Shown in pieces: positions 30,429 through 40,279 of a DNA stretch of 64,000 nt; position 1 is the first letter of the stretch; the number at the start of each line of letters is the position of its first letter. A program made the translations under genes and the position numbers. Origin of the DNA: Planctomycetota bacterium (GTDB taxonomy: Bacteria; Planctomycetota; SZUA-567; H5-PLA8); contig JBBRPR010000004.1 in NCBI GenBank assembly GCA_038227875.1, forward strand, positions 160,001 to 224,000, read 5' to 3'. Under the pieces are notes generated by a model. The model was given only the letters and a program-made list of their open reading frames with translations. It was not told the origin of the DNA and did no database searches.

Positions 30429-30668
30429 GGCATCATGTCCACGCGCCAGTGCGCGTGTTACGGTGACCGGGTAGCCGGTGCCGGAGGCGTTAAAAACTAT
30501 CGCGGGAAATTGGGGCGGATCTAGCGATACGTCTGAACGCGGACGGCACCGGTGGTAACGAAATCAAGATTGCTCATATCTGGGCCCTCCGCGCTGCGAA
30601 GCGGGTCATCCGTTCGCTTAAGGTCCAATCAATCACGTGAAAGAGGGGTTGTCAAATTTTTTGGCCGA

Positions 30669-30699
30669 CCAATTGTCGCGACAGTGTCGCGACAATTGG
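30669..30699. repeat. 31-bp palindrome
   Basis: ccaattgtcgcgaca-g-tgtcgcgacaattgg. Confidence 0.75.
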
Positions 30700-30730
30700 G
30701 GATCCTCGTGATTTTTTCAAACACTGATGA

Positions 30731-30885
30731 TGGTGCCACGGATGCACGAAGCCCAGAGCGTAGCGAAGGGCTTCGTTCATCCGTGCGTTGCGCATAGCCA
30801 AGCGCGGTTTCGGCATGCTCGGGTCCAACGCACGGATGAACGGATGCTTTCGCTACGCTCAAGCCTCCGCGCATCCGTGGCACCA
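30731..30885. repeat. Inverted doublet (REPIN-like) of a 56-nt structured repeat
   Basis: Copies at 30731-30786 (+) and 30830-30885 (-), with 15-bp perfect terminal IR tggtgccacggatgc. Confidence 0.85.
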
Positions 30886-31010
30886 GGAAAACAAATGTTC
30901 AAGCTCTATCCGCAAAATGCCGATGAAAGCATGTGCGGAGGTCCTGTCGGTGGGACGTGGGGGCGTCCAGACGCTTCGCACTGCGGCTTTGCTTGACGCT
31001 TTGGATCACC

Positions 31011-32399
31011 ATGGCTCAACTTTCGATCAAACTCCTCTGCATCCCGTGTGTGCTGGCCGCGGTGTTGTTCATGTCGCGCGCCAGTGGCGCGGATCTTGGC
31101 GCGGAAGTCGTCGACACACCGAGCGCTGAAAGTACGTCGGTCAGCGCATTGCCCAACGAACCGGCGCCGCCTCCGCCCGCTCCGGAAGAACCGCCGGCGG
31201 AAATCATTCCGCTGCCGCCGTCCAAACGCAGTCTCGAGCAATCCAAGCCCAGCCCCGCGCCGAAAGTTGAGAAAGCGGAGAAGGCCAAGAGCACTCCGAC
31301 TGAAACCAAGACGGACCCGAAGTCCGAGATCAAGCCAGAGAAGATGGAGCCGGCTACTCCAAACAAAACCATCGCCAGCGAAGCGCGCAAGCCGTCCGCA
31401 AATTCCTGCTACTTGAAGCCCGCGGAGCCGGGATATCCGACGGTGCTCTCGGGAACGCTCACAGAAGATCTGGAACTCACGCCGCAAATGTCGCCGGTGC
31501 TGATCAGCGGGACGTTCATCGTGCCGGAAAAGATCAAGCTTACGATCCAGGGCGGCACGCTGATCCGGCTACGCGGCGATCCGCAGGGCGTGAAGGCTCC
31601 CGGCGCGCCGGACCCGACGCAGAGCGCCGTGGTGTGGATCTGGGGCACGCTCACGACCAGCGGCGCGACGGGCAATCCCGTTGAGTTCGTGAATCTGGAG
31701 AAGGCCGACGGTTCGCTGCTGCTTTACGGCACGAACGACTGCAAGCTCGATGGAGTCCGCCTCAAAGGCATGAACGTCGCGCAGAGCGGCGGAACGGCGC
31801 TGTGGACGAACTGCGAATTCGTGGGCAGCGGCTCGTACGCGATGGCGGCCGGCGCGGGCGTTTTCACGCAGTGTACGTTCCGGCGCTTCGGCGGCATCTT
31901 CGCGACGTACGATGTCGCGCCGTGGTCGCTGCTGGTGCGCAAGAGCTTGTTTGAGCGCTGCCGCGAAGGCATCATCCTCGGCAGCAACCCCGGCGAAGCG
32001 CGGCTGATCGTCGAGAAGAACCATTTCATCGGCACGCAGGGCGCTCACATCCGCGCGCTGCCGCTGTCAAAAGGCAAGGCCACGGCCAGTGCCGCCGACG
32101 GCAAGAAGCCCGAAGACATGGAAGTGCTGATCGGCGAGAACTGGTACGGCACGTCGATCCCAGAAGAGACCGACCTGCGCATCGTCGACCGCCGCAACGA
32201 CCCATCGATCCACGCGCGCCTGAACACACGCCCGCCCGCGAACGCGCCGTACGGGAACATCGGCGCGGGGATGAAGGTGGCGGTGCTGGAAGCGACGGCG
32301 AAGGAACAGCAGAGCGCCGTACAGAAACTGCTGCAGGCGCAGGCCGCCAAGCAGAAGCTGAACGCTCCGGCGCGGCAGGTGGCGAAGAAGGGTACGTAG
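31011..32399 (+). CDS. Exported protein with Pro/Lys-rich linker and probable right-handed beta-helix
   Basis: Signal peptide, low-complexity region, LTIQGGTLI..., G.L...GA.GNPVEF and ENWYG motifs. Confidence 0.7.
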   Translation: MAQLSIKLLCIPCVLAAVLFMSRASGADLGAEVVDTPSAESTSVSALPNEPAPPPPAPEEPPAEIIPLPPSKRSLEQSKPSPAPKVEKAEKAKSTPTETKTDPKSEIKPEKMEPATPNKTIASEARKPSANSCYLKPAEPGYPTVLSGTLTEDLELTPQMSPVLISGTFIVPEKIKLTIQGGTLIRLRGDPQGVKAPGAPDPTQSAVVWIWGTLTTSGATGNPVEFVNLEKADGSLLLYGTNDCKLDGVRLKGMNVAQSGGTALWTNCEFVGSGSYAMAAGAGVFTQCTFRRFGGIFATYDVAPWSLLVRKSLFERCREGIILGSNPGEARLIVEKNHFIGTQGAHIRALPLSKGKATASAADGKKPEDMEVLIGENWYGTSIPEETDLRIVDRRNDPSIHARLNTRPPANAPYGNIGAGMKVAVLEATAKEQQSAVQKLLQAQAAKQKLNAPARQVAKKGT

Positions 32400-32586
32400 C
32401 GGCGGTTGGCTCTTCACTATGCCATGGGCGTCATTTTTTCCCCAGTAGGCGCACACCAAACTCAAAAACTACCGTTAACACCTTAAAGACTACGCTCAAT
32501 TCGGCTTCGCGATTTGTGCAGCAAATTCCGGCTTCCTCCGTCATCCGTTCGGCGTTAACGTTGGCGGTGGGTCGGACGGGGGCGGT

Positions 32587-33453
32587 ATGACATTTCGTGT
32601 GGCAATTCCAGTCCTGGTCGTGGCGTTTTCCTGCGGCGGAGCGTGGTGTGCCAGCGCGGGCAGTTCGGCGACCGACGAAGGTGAAATCGGGCTGAGCTCC
32701 GACGCGAAAAAAGCGGCGCACGAGTGGCTGAAAAAAGATCTGTCGCCGGCGGCGCTCAACGAAGACGCGGCGCAGGCGGCGCTGAAACTGTCGCAGGAGA
32801 AACTCGACGCCCGCGAACTGGAGTCGATCACCGACGCGATCAAACGCGATCCGGTGCGCGCGGCGTTTGCCTTTGCGGAATGTTTGAATCCCAAAAACTG
32901 CCCCGATCCGCACGTGCGATTAGGCGCGGTGAAGGGCATCGGCTACGCGAACATCAAACCCAGCTTGGTGAGCAAGGCGCTGGCGGCGGTGGTGATCGCG
33001 GAGAGCGATCAGCCCACGCGCACGGCAGCGGCGGACTTGCTGAAGGCCCGCAAAGATCCCGTCGCCAACAAAGTGCTGGTCGATTACTACCTCGACGCGT
33101 TCGACTCCGATGGCGTGCTGCTAAAGGCCGATCACGAACGCGCCGCGATCGCTGCATTGCGTGACGTCGGCGGCCGCCAGATTTACGAAGCGCTGATGGC
33201 CTACGTCACGATGGAAGTCAGCGCCGGCGCGGCCACCGAAGCCGCACCGCCTCAGACCGTTTACATCACCAACAGCGGCAACATCAATACCGGCGGCGGC
33301 TCGATCAATCTGCCGATCGAACTCCCCAACCTCGAATTGAAGGGCTACCACGGCACGCTTGTCGTCCCCGCGCTCGGTGCGCTGAAGCAGGTCACCGGGC
33401 AGAACTTCGGCCGCAATCTCGATCGCTGGCAAAACTGGATCGCGAAACAGTAA
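32587..33453 (+). CDS. Exported HEAT-repeat-like hypothetical protein
   Basis: Signal peptide, DPHVRLGAVKGIG, and C-terminal ALKQVTGQNFG.....WQNW. Confidence 0.7.
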   Translation: MTFRVAIPVLVVAFSCGGAWCASAGSSATDEGEIGLSSDAKKAAHEWLKKDLSPAALNEDAAQAALKLSQEKLDARELESITDAIKRDPVRAAFAFAECLNPKNCPDPHVRLGAVKGIGYANIKPSLVSKALAAVVIAESDQPTRTAAADLLKARKDPVANKVLVDYYLDAFDSDGVLLKADHERAAIAALRDVGGRQIYEALMAYVTMEVSAGAATEAAPPQTVYITNSGNINTGGGSINLPIELPNLELKGYHGTLVVPALGALKQVTGQNFGRNLDRWQNWIAKQ

Positions 33454-33645
33454 CTCTTGAACGACTACCGAGAGGATTCATCGCTCCGCAAGATCACATC
33501 CCTCCGCATAAAATAGTCTTTCCCTCTTCTGTATCACATATAAAATAGTTTTTGATTGTGTTGAGACACTTTCGAGTGACTCGGGCCAATTGGTCCACGT
33601 CACTCGGCTATGCGTTGTGTTTCCGTGAACTACCGGAGAACACCT

Positions 33646-36600
33646 ATGCCCGTGAAATGCAGTCACTGCAACCGGCTGACGCCCGAGGGCGTGCTCTGTC
33701 AGTTTTGCGGAGAACGGTTGGCGGCGCCGGTGGACTGTCCCGGGTGCAAACGCAAGCTCCCGGCGGGTACACAGAAATGCCAATACTGCGGTGCGCAGGT
33801 CGTCGCGGTCAAGCCACCGGATTTGATTCCCTGCCCGAAATGCGGCAAGAAAATGGGTCCGCATCTCAGCGCGTGTGTAATGTGCGGCGCGGCGCTGCCG
33901 CGGCGGCAGCCTCAAGCGGCACAACCCGCACAGGCCGCACAGCCGGAGCAGGCAGCGCGGCCTCCGCAACCGGTGGCGCCTGCGTCACAATCTCCGCAGG
34001 CGGCGCTCATGGCGGAAATTCAAGGGATGCTGCAGGACGCCAACAAGCTCATGCACGCCGGAAAATTTTCCGACGCGCTGCCGCTGCTCGAGCACGTGCT
34101 GATCCTGAATCCGGCGCTGGCCAACATCTGGCACGTCAAGGCGACGTGTTTGCTCAATCTCGCCCGCTACGCGGAAGCGGAGAGCGATTACCGCCACGCG
34201 TTGAAGTTGAATCCCGATAGTTTCGACAGCACGCACGGCTTCGCGCTGTGCCTGCGCGAACTGGGGAAATACGACGAGGCGCTCCCCGCGGCGCTGGTGT
34301 TGATGATGAGCAAGCCTAACGTACCGGACTTCGCCAACCTCGCCGGATTCTGCTACCTGAAGCAGGGGCGCATCGACGAAGCGTTGCGTTTTCTAAAACA
34401 GGCGATCGATGCCCAGCCCAATCGAATCTCCTATTGCATCGACTACGGGCTGGCTCTGCAGATCGCGCGAAAGCAGAGCGACGCGGATGCGTGCTTTGAG
34501 CGCGCTTCGAATCTCGACCCGATCAGCGCCCGGCCAAATTTCTATCGCGCGACGCGGCTGGAACGCGCCGGCAAGTTGCCGGACGCGGCGGAATTTTACT
34601 ACCGCGCCTCCGTGGGCTTCATGATCGAGCAGCGCAAAGCTCCGCTCGGCGCGCAGATCGCCAGCGAATGCGCGCAGGCGCGTGACGGCATGAAGCGTTT
34701 GAAGGCGCATCTCCCGCGCATCGCCGAGGCGGGGCCGATGTTCGCCGAAGCGGTGAAAGCGGAAGGCAGCGGCGAGATCAATGAAGCACTCGCGATGTAC
34801 GAGGAAGCCGCGGTGCTCGACCCGGACAATGCCAAAGCGCTGGAGGGTGTCGTCCGCATGCGCAAAGCACGAGCGGAAGCAGGCCGCGCGCCCCAGCCGC
34901 AAGCGCCTCGCCCCGCGCCGACGCCGGCTCAAGCCGCGGCACCCGTTCAGCCCGCACCGTTTGAGCCGGAGGGTTTGCTGCGCGAGGGCCTCGAATTTGA
35001 ACTCGCGGGCCAGAAAGAGAAGGCGCTCGACTGCTACGGCCGTTATCTCGCCAACCCGCCGATGCAACGCGAAGCACTCAACTTTGCGCGGCAGCATCTG
35101 GCGCAGATGATCGAAAGCCTGCGTCCGCCGCGCGTGAAGCCGCCGCCATCGCCGGCCTCGGCATTGCTGGATCGCGCGTCGGGCCTCATTGGCAAGCAGC
35201 AGTACCAACAGGCGGTCAGTGTTTACGACGAAGCGCTGGAACTGGATCCCAACAGCATCGTCGCGTGGCTGAACATGGGCGCGTGCCTGGATCAGCTCGG
35301 CAGGCCTGAAGACGCGATCAAGTCCTTTGATCGCGCGACGGTGATTCTCCCAAAGATGGCCGGCGTGTGGCTGATGCGGGCGACCAGTCTGAGCGCGCTC
35401 AGGCGCCACGAGGAGGCGCTGCGCGATCTGGACAAGGCATTACAGCTCGATCCGTACGAAAGCCCGGCGTGGTGCAACAAGGGCAGCTGCCTCAATGCGC
35501 TCCACCGTACCGACGAAGCGCTGAAATGCCTGGAACGCGCCGTGATCCTGGAGCCGTTTAATCTGATCGCCTGGTTCAACAAAGGCTGCTCGGAACGGAC
35601 GCTGGGAAAGCGGGACGCGGCGATGGCGTCGTTCAAGCGTTTCCTCGCGCTCGCGCCGCAGGGCGTGGAAGACATGGTCGAAGATGCGCGGCGCATGCTC
35701 AAAGAGCTGGAAAGCGGCGAGTCCCGCCCCACGCACCGCGAACAGACGTTGAAGCTTCCCGCCAAGCCGCAGGAAATCATCGGCAACTACGAGATCTACA
35801 AGGAGCTCGGTCGCGGCGGCATGGGCGTCGTCTACCTCGCGGTGACCCGCGACCACGAAGAAGTCTGCGCGCTGAAGACGTTCCTCAACCCGACGGATAC
35901 CGCTGCCGTCGAAGCCTTCAAGCGTGAAGCAAAAACGTGGATCGATCTCGACCGCCATCCGAACCTGGTCAGCGCGTTTTACGTCGATGAACTCCGCGGC
36001 CGGCTGTACGTGGCGGTGGAATTTGTGATGCCCGGCCCGGAAGGATTGAACTCGCTAGAAGGATATCTGCGCTCCAGTCCGCCGGGTGTCAACCAGGCGC
36101 TGCGCTGGTCGATCCAATTCTGCCACGGCATGGAATACGCGTACACCAAGGGCATTCGCTGCCACCGCGATATCAAGCCGGCGAACATCATGATCGACTG
36201 GCAGAAGAATCTGAAGATCACGGACTTTGGACTCGCCGCGGCGATGTCCTCCTCGGCCGACGGCCAGACGCAGCTCAACTGCCGCGGCGGCGCGGTGGGG
36301 CTTTCCGTGCACACGGAAGGCGGCGGCGCCGGCACGCCGACGCACATGCCGCCGGAACAGTGGCGCAGCGGGAGCGCCTGCGACGAGCGCAGCGACATCT
36401 ACGCCTTCGGCATCACGCTCTACCAGATGGCGGCGAAGGGCAAGCTGCCGTTCCTGGCGCCGATGCCGAAGGACGATTCGCCGCAGGAATACCAGCGCTT
36501 CATGGTTCAGATGTACCAGTTGCATTGCGCTGAGACGCCGAAGCAGCTGGACTCGATCCTCTGGCCGCTGATCGAACGCTGCACGCAGAAGGATCCGGCG

Positions 36601-38289
36601 AAGCGCTTCCAGAGTTTCCGGCAACTGCGCTACGAACTGGAAACGCTCTTGAAAGGCCAGGCGCAGGGCGAGACCGTCGCCGCACCCACCGTCGGAAAAC
36701 TCGATCTCAGCGAACGCGTCAACAAGGCGTTGAGCTTCGAGGCGCTCAACCGGTTCGACGACGCGATGAAGCTTCTGGAGGAAGCGCTGAGCGAGGAACC
36801 GAATCATGGCCCCGCGTGGGAGGCCAGGGCGCACACGCTCGACGGCATGGGTCGGACCGACGAGGCGTTGAAAGCGTGGGATAAGGCGGTGGCGCTTGAT
36901 CCCCGGTCGGCCAACGCGCAGATGAACAAAGGCAGTGCGCTGCTCCGGGCCGGGCGCGTGCCGGAGGCGCTGGCGTGCTACGACCAGGCGCTGGCGGTGC
37001 GGCCGAATTTCGCCGTGGCGTGGCGCAACAAGGCGCGCGCGTTCCTTAAGCTCAACCGCGACACCGATGCACTGGCGTGCAACGAAAAAGCGCTGTCGCT
37101 GGAACCGGAGATCGCCATCAACTGGAAGGAGAAGGGCGACACGCTGCGGCTGCTGGGCCGCCACGCCGAGGCGGTGGAGTGCCTGGCGCACGCCGTGAAA
37201 CTCGATCCGGCCAACGCCGACGCGTGGAACCTGCTGGGCGAATCGCAGATCGCGCTGCAGCAATTCGAGGCGGCGCTGCAGAGCCTCAACACGGCCGTGC
37301 GCCTGGATCCGCGCAACTATGCCGCGTGCGTCAATCGCGGCGGATGCCTGACGCGCGCCGGACGCCTGGCCGACGCGATGGCCTGCTTCGACACGGCCAC
37401 CACGTTGATCGATAAGCCGGCGATGGCGTGGAACAACAAGGGCGATCTGTATGTGCGCCAGAAACAGTTCGACAAGGCGCTGGAATGCTTCGACCGCGCG
37501 CTGGAGTGCGATCCGGATCTGGAACTGGCGCTGCATAACAAAGCCCAGCGCCTGCGCGATCTGGGGCGGCTCGACGAGGGACTCGCCTTGCTGGAGCGAG
37601 GCCTGACCGTGCATCCGAAGTCGTCGATGCTCTGGTATTTCAAAGCCGAATTCCTCAAACAACAGCAGCAATTCTCATCCGCGATCCTGGCGTACAAAAA
37701 GGTGATCGAATTCGAGAAAATCAACACGCGGGCCATCGGACTGGCGTGGAGCCACAGCGGCGAATGCAGCGAGAAGATGGGCCAGTTCGGCGACGCGCTG
37801 GTGGCGTACGGCAAGGCGCTGCAAATCATTCCGAATTCCATCGACGCGGCGGAAGGCGCCGAGCGCTGCCGGCGCAAAGTTCAGGGCGGAGCGGCCGGCA
37901 CCGTCGCGACGACGAAGCATTCGCCATCGGTCGACGCGTGGTTGCAGAAGGGGCGGAAATTCGTCGACGAAAAACGATGGATGGACGCGGTTACCTGTTA
38001 CACCGAAGCGCTCGATGAGGATTCCAACTGCGCCGAGGCGTGGTGTGAGCTGGGGCGGGCGCTGGGTGTGCTGAAGGAGTATCCCAAGTCGATCATCTGC
38101 CTGAAGAAGGCCCTGGTATACGCACCGAATTCGCCGGCGATCTGGCTGAACAAGGCGATGGCCGAAGATGCCTCGGGCCTGCACGCCGACGCAGTGGCCT
38201 CGTACAAAAAGTTTGTGTCGGTGGCGACGCCCGATCTGGCGCGGCACGTGGAACACGCAAAGACGCGGCTTGCCGCGCTCGCGCGTTAA
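33646..38289 (+). CDS. Zinc-ribbon / TPR / Ser-Thr kinase / TPR multidomain protein
   Basis: Six CxxC at the N-terminus, kinase motifs GRGGMG, ALK, HRDIKPAN, DFG, GTPTHMPPE, and many TPRs on both sides. RBS GGAGA. Confidence 0.92.
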   Translation: MPVKCSHCNRLTPEGVLCQFCGERLAAPVDCPGCKRKLPAGTQKCQYCGAQVVAVKPPDLIPCPKCGKKMGPHLSACVMCGAALPRRQPQAAQPAQAAQPEQAARPPQPVAPASQSPQAALMAEIQGMLQDANKLMHAGKFSDALPLLEHVLILNPALANIWHVKATCLLNLARYAEAESDYRHALKLNPDSFDSTHGFALCLRELGKYDEALPAALVLMMSKPNVPDFANLAGFCYLKQGRIDEALRFLKQAIDAQPNRISYCIDYGLALQIARKQSDADACFERASNLDPISARPNFYRATRLERAGKLPDAAEFYYRASVGFMIEQRKAPLGAQIASECAQARDGMKRLKAHLPRIAEAGPMFAEAVKAEGSGEINEALAMYEEAAVLDPDNAKALEGVVRMRKARAEAGRAPQPQAPRPAPTPAQAAAPVQPAPFEPEGLLREGLEFELAGQKEKALDCYGRYLANPPMQREALNFARQHLAQMIESLRPPRVKPPPSPASALLDRASGLIGKQQYQQAVSVYDEALELDPNSIVAWLNMGACLDQLGRPEDAIKSFDRATVILPKMAGVWLMRATSLSALRRHEEALRDLDKALQLDPYESPAWCNKGSCLNALHRTDEALKCLERAVILEPFNLIAWFNKGCSERTLGKRDAAMASFKRFLALAPQGVEDMVEDARRMLKELESGESRPTHREQTLKLPAKPQEIIGNYEIYKELGRGGMGVVYLAVTRDHEEVCALKTFLNPTDTAAVEAFKREAKTWIDLDRHPNLVSAFYVDELRGRLYVAVEFVMPGPEGLNSLEGYLRSSPPGVNQALRWSIQFCHGMEYAYTKGIRCHRDIKPANIMIDWQKNLKITDFGLAAAMSSSADGQTQLNCRGGAVGLSVHTEGGGAGTPTHMPPEQWRSGSACDERSDIYAFGITLYQMAAKGKLPFLAPMPKDDSPQEYQRFMVQMYQLHCAETPKQLDSILWPLIERCTQKDPAKRFQSFRQLRYELETLLKGQAQGETVAAPTVGKLDLSERVNKALSFEALNRFDDAMKLLEEALSEEPNHGPAWEARAHTLDGMGRTDEALKAWDKAVALDPRSANAQMNKGSALLRAGRVPEALACYDQALAVRPNFAVAWRNKARAFLKLNRDTDALACNEKALSLEPEIAINWKEKGDTLRLLGRHAEAVECLAHAVKLDPANADAWNLLGESQIALQQFEAALQSLNTAVRLDPRNYAACVNRGGCLTRAGRLADAMACFDTATTLIDKPAMAWNNKGDLYVRQKQFDKALECFDRALECDPDLELALHNKAQRLRDLGRLDEGLALLERGLTVHPKSSMLWYFKAEFLKQQQQFSSAILAYKKVIEFEKINTRAIGLAWSHSGECSEKMGQFGDALVAYGKALQIIPNSIDAAEGAERCRRKVQGGAAGTVATTKHSPSVDAWLQKGRKFVDEKRWMDAVTCYTEALDEDSNCAEAWCELGRALGVLKEYPKSIICLKKALVYAPNSPAIWLNKAMAEDASGLHADAVASYKKFVSVATPDLARHVEHAKTRLAALAR

Positions 38290-38507
38290 CTGCGGCTGCT
38301 ATTTCCGCAGCCCGGGCATTGCAGGCCCGTGCCGCTGTCGTCGAGCAGCACGCGGGCGTCACAGACCGGGCAGATACTCTCCCGATGTTCCATGTAGGCG
38401 CGCATCAGCCAGGTGCGCTCGTCGACCGTCCATTTTCGGAACGTGGCATGGTGTTGAGTGAACGAGCGCATTCGTTCGCGCCGCATGGGATTAATAAGCG
38501 TGGGCAT
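38286..38507 (-). CDS. Small zinc-ribbon protein
   Basis: CPVC...CPGC and a strong RBS GAGGAG. Confidence 0.6.
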   Translation of the reverse strand: MPTLINPMRRERMRSFTQHHATFRKWTVDERTWLMRAYMEHRESICPVCDARVLLDDSGTGLQCPGCGNSSRS

Positions 38508-38614
38508 AAAGTCTCCTCATACAGTCCGCTCATCGGTCGGAAAAGGCATTGCTGTAGCCGGAAATTGCATTAATGACACGCTGGCGAGGCATCATCTTTC
38601 CAGGAGCACGTGTG

Positions 38615-40279
38615 ATGACCACCAATCCGGACGACCAGGTTCACATTCGTCCGCTTCCCCATCCTTTCCCGGATGGCGAAGAACAGTGCGAAACGTTGCG
38701 GCAATGGCAGCCGCTGGAATTGATTTTCACCGCGGCCATCACGTGCGCTCAGCCGCTCGACGCGTGGGATTTTCGCGCGGTTTTTACCGGGCCGGATGGC
38801 AGTCGTCTGGATGTCTCCGGCTTCTGCGACGGCCAACGGCGCTGGGTGATTCGCTTCCGGCCGGACCAGCCTGGCGCGTGGCGCTTTGAGACGCGTTGCT
38901 TGTCGGTCGAGAGCACGTTGAACGGACTCAGCGGCGCGTTCACCATTGAGCCGCGCCTTGCGGATGAAGCGAATCCGCTTTTCTTTCATGGCGGAATTCC
39001 ACGCGTCGGCGCGACCGGGCGGCATCTCACTTACAGCGACGGCACGCCCTTTTTCTGGCTCGGCGACACGTGGTGGTTCGCGCCGTCGAAGCTGGTGCCG
39101 TGGAATGGGTCGAGCAAGCCGGGCGTGGCGTCGACCTTTCGGCTGCTCGTGGAGACGCGTGCGTCGCAGGGATTCAATACCGTGCAGATGGCATTTCTCG
39201 GCGGCGCTGAAGCTGACGCGGGTGGCGGCGACTGGCAACTGGCGCTCGAGGGGAAACTCGACGCGGCATACTGGCGGCGCATCGATACGTGCCTGGATTT
39301 TGCCAACCGCTGCGGGCTGATGCCGGTGATCGGTTTCGGGTTCCATCAATCACTGAACGCGCCGACAGCCGGACAACTCCAGCGTCTCTGGCGCTACGTG
39401 CTGGCGCGGTACGGAGCGCTGGCGGTCACATTTCTGATCTGCGGCGAATACAATCAAGGCGGCGGAACGGACGCGGCCGGCAAGGTCAATCATTCGTTCA
39501 CGGAGACCGATGCCGCGCGCACGCAGAAGATGATCGAACTCGGAGCGTACATCAAAGCGCACGATCCGTGGAAACGCGCGATGACCGTGCATCCGTGGGC
39601 GTACAGCGTGGAAGGGCGCCACGCGTGGGGCGCGCCGTGGCTGGACTTCACGTTGATCCAGGGAGGCCACGGTAAGGACGGTCCGCCGGCGTCGTACTAC
39701 CGAGAAATCTGGGATCGCTCGCCGAGCCGTCCGCTGCTCGAAGGCGAAGTGACGTACGAGGGCATTTTCGGATTTTCAGATTCGATCGTCCGCTGCAATG
39801 CGTGGAAAGCGGTCTGCTCCGGCTCATGCGGATTTACCTATGGCGCGCAAGGGTTGTGGTACCCGAACCAGAATGCCGAGGACACGAAATTCAGCGAGTG
39901 GGGACCGACGCTGCCCTGGTGGGAAGCGCTGGCGCGACCCGGCGGCGTGCAGATGGGCATCTTGCGGAGCATCGTGGAAAGCGTGACATGGTCGCGGCTG
40001 GAACCCGTACCGCCGATCCGCGCCGAGGGCACGGACGCGGACGTATTCGTGACCCGTGATCGCGGGCGCGCGATACTGGCGTACGTGCCGGAAGGCGTGC
40101 CACGATCCGCAAAGATCGTGTTACCCGAAAAAGACGCGACGAAATGGCGCGCCACGCTCGCCGATCCGCGGACCGGCGAACGGCACGCCGCCGTGTTCCC
40201 TGCGTCAGTCCCGGACGGCGGGATCGCGTTGCCAGACCGTCCCGACGAGCGCGATTGGGTCTTCGTGCTCGAAACCTGA
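38615..40279 (+). CDS. DUF5060/DUF4038 apiosidase-like glycoside hydrolase
   Basis: DGTPFFWLGDTWW, QGFNTVQ, TVHP, QGGH, EGE..YE, GFTYGA. Confidence 0.82.
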   Translation: MTTNPDDQVHIRPLPHPFPDGEEQCETLRQWQPLELIFTAAITCAQPLDAWDFRAVFTGPDGSRLDVSGFCDGQRRWVIRFRPDQPGAWRFETRCLSVESTLNGLSGAFTIEPRLADEANPLFFHGGIPRVGATGRHLTYSDGTPFFWLGDTWWFAPSKLVPWNGSSKPGVASTFRLLVETRASQGFNTVQMAFLGGAEADAGGGDWQLALEGKLDAAYWRRIDTCLDFANRCGLMPVIGFGFHQSLNAPTAGQLQRLWRYVLARYGALAVTFLICGEYNQGGGTDAAGKVNHSFTETDAARTQKMIELGAYIKAHDPWKRAMTVHPWAYSVEGRHAWGAPWLDFTLIQGGHGKDGPPASYYREIWDRSPSRPLLEGEVTYEGIFGFSDSIVRCNAWKAVCSGSCGFTYGAQGLWYPNQNAEDTKFSEWGPTLPWWEALARPGGVQMGILRSIVESVTWSRLEPVPPIRAEGTDADVFVTRDRGRAILAYVPEGVPRSAKIVLPEKDATKWRATLADPRTGERHAAVFPASVPDGGIALPDRPDERDWVFVLET

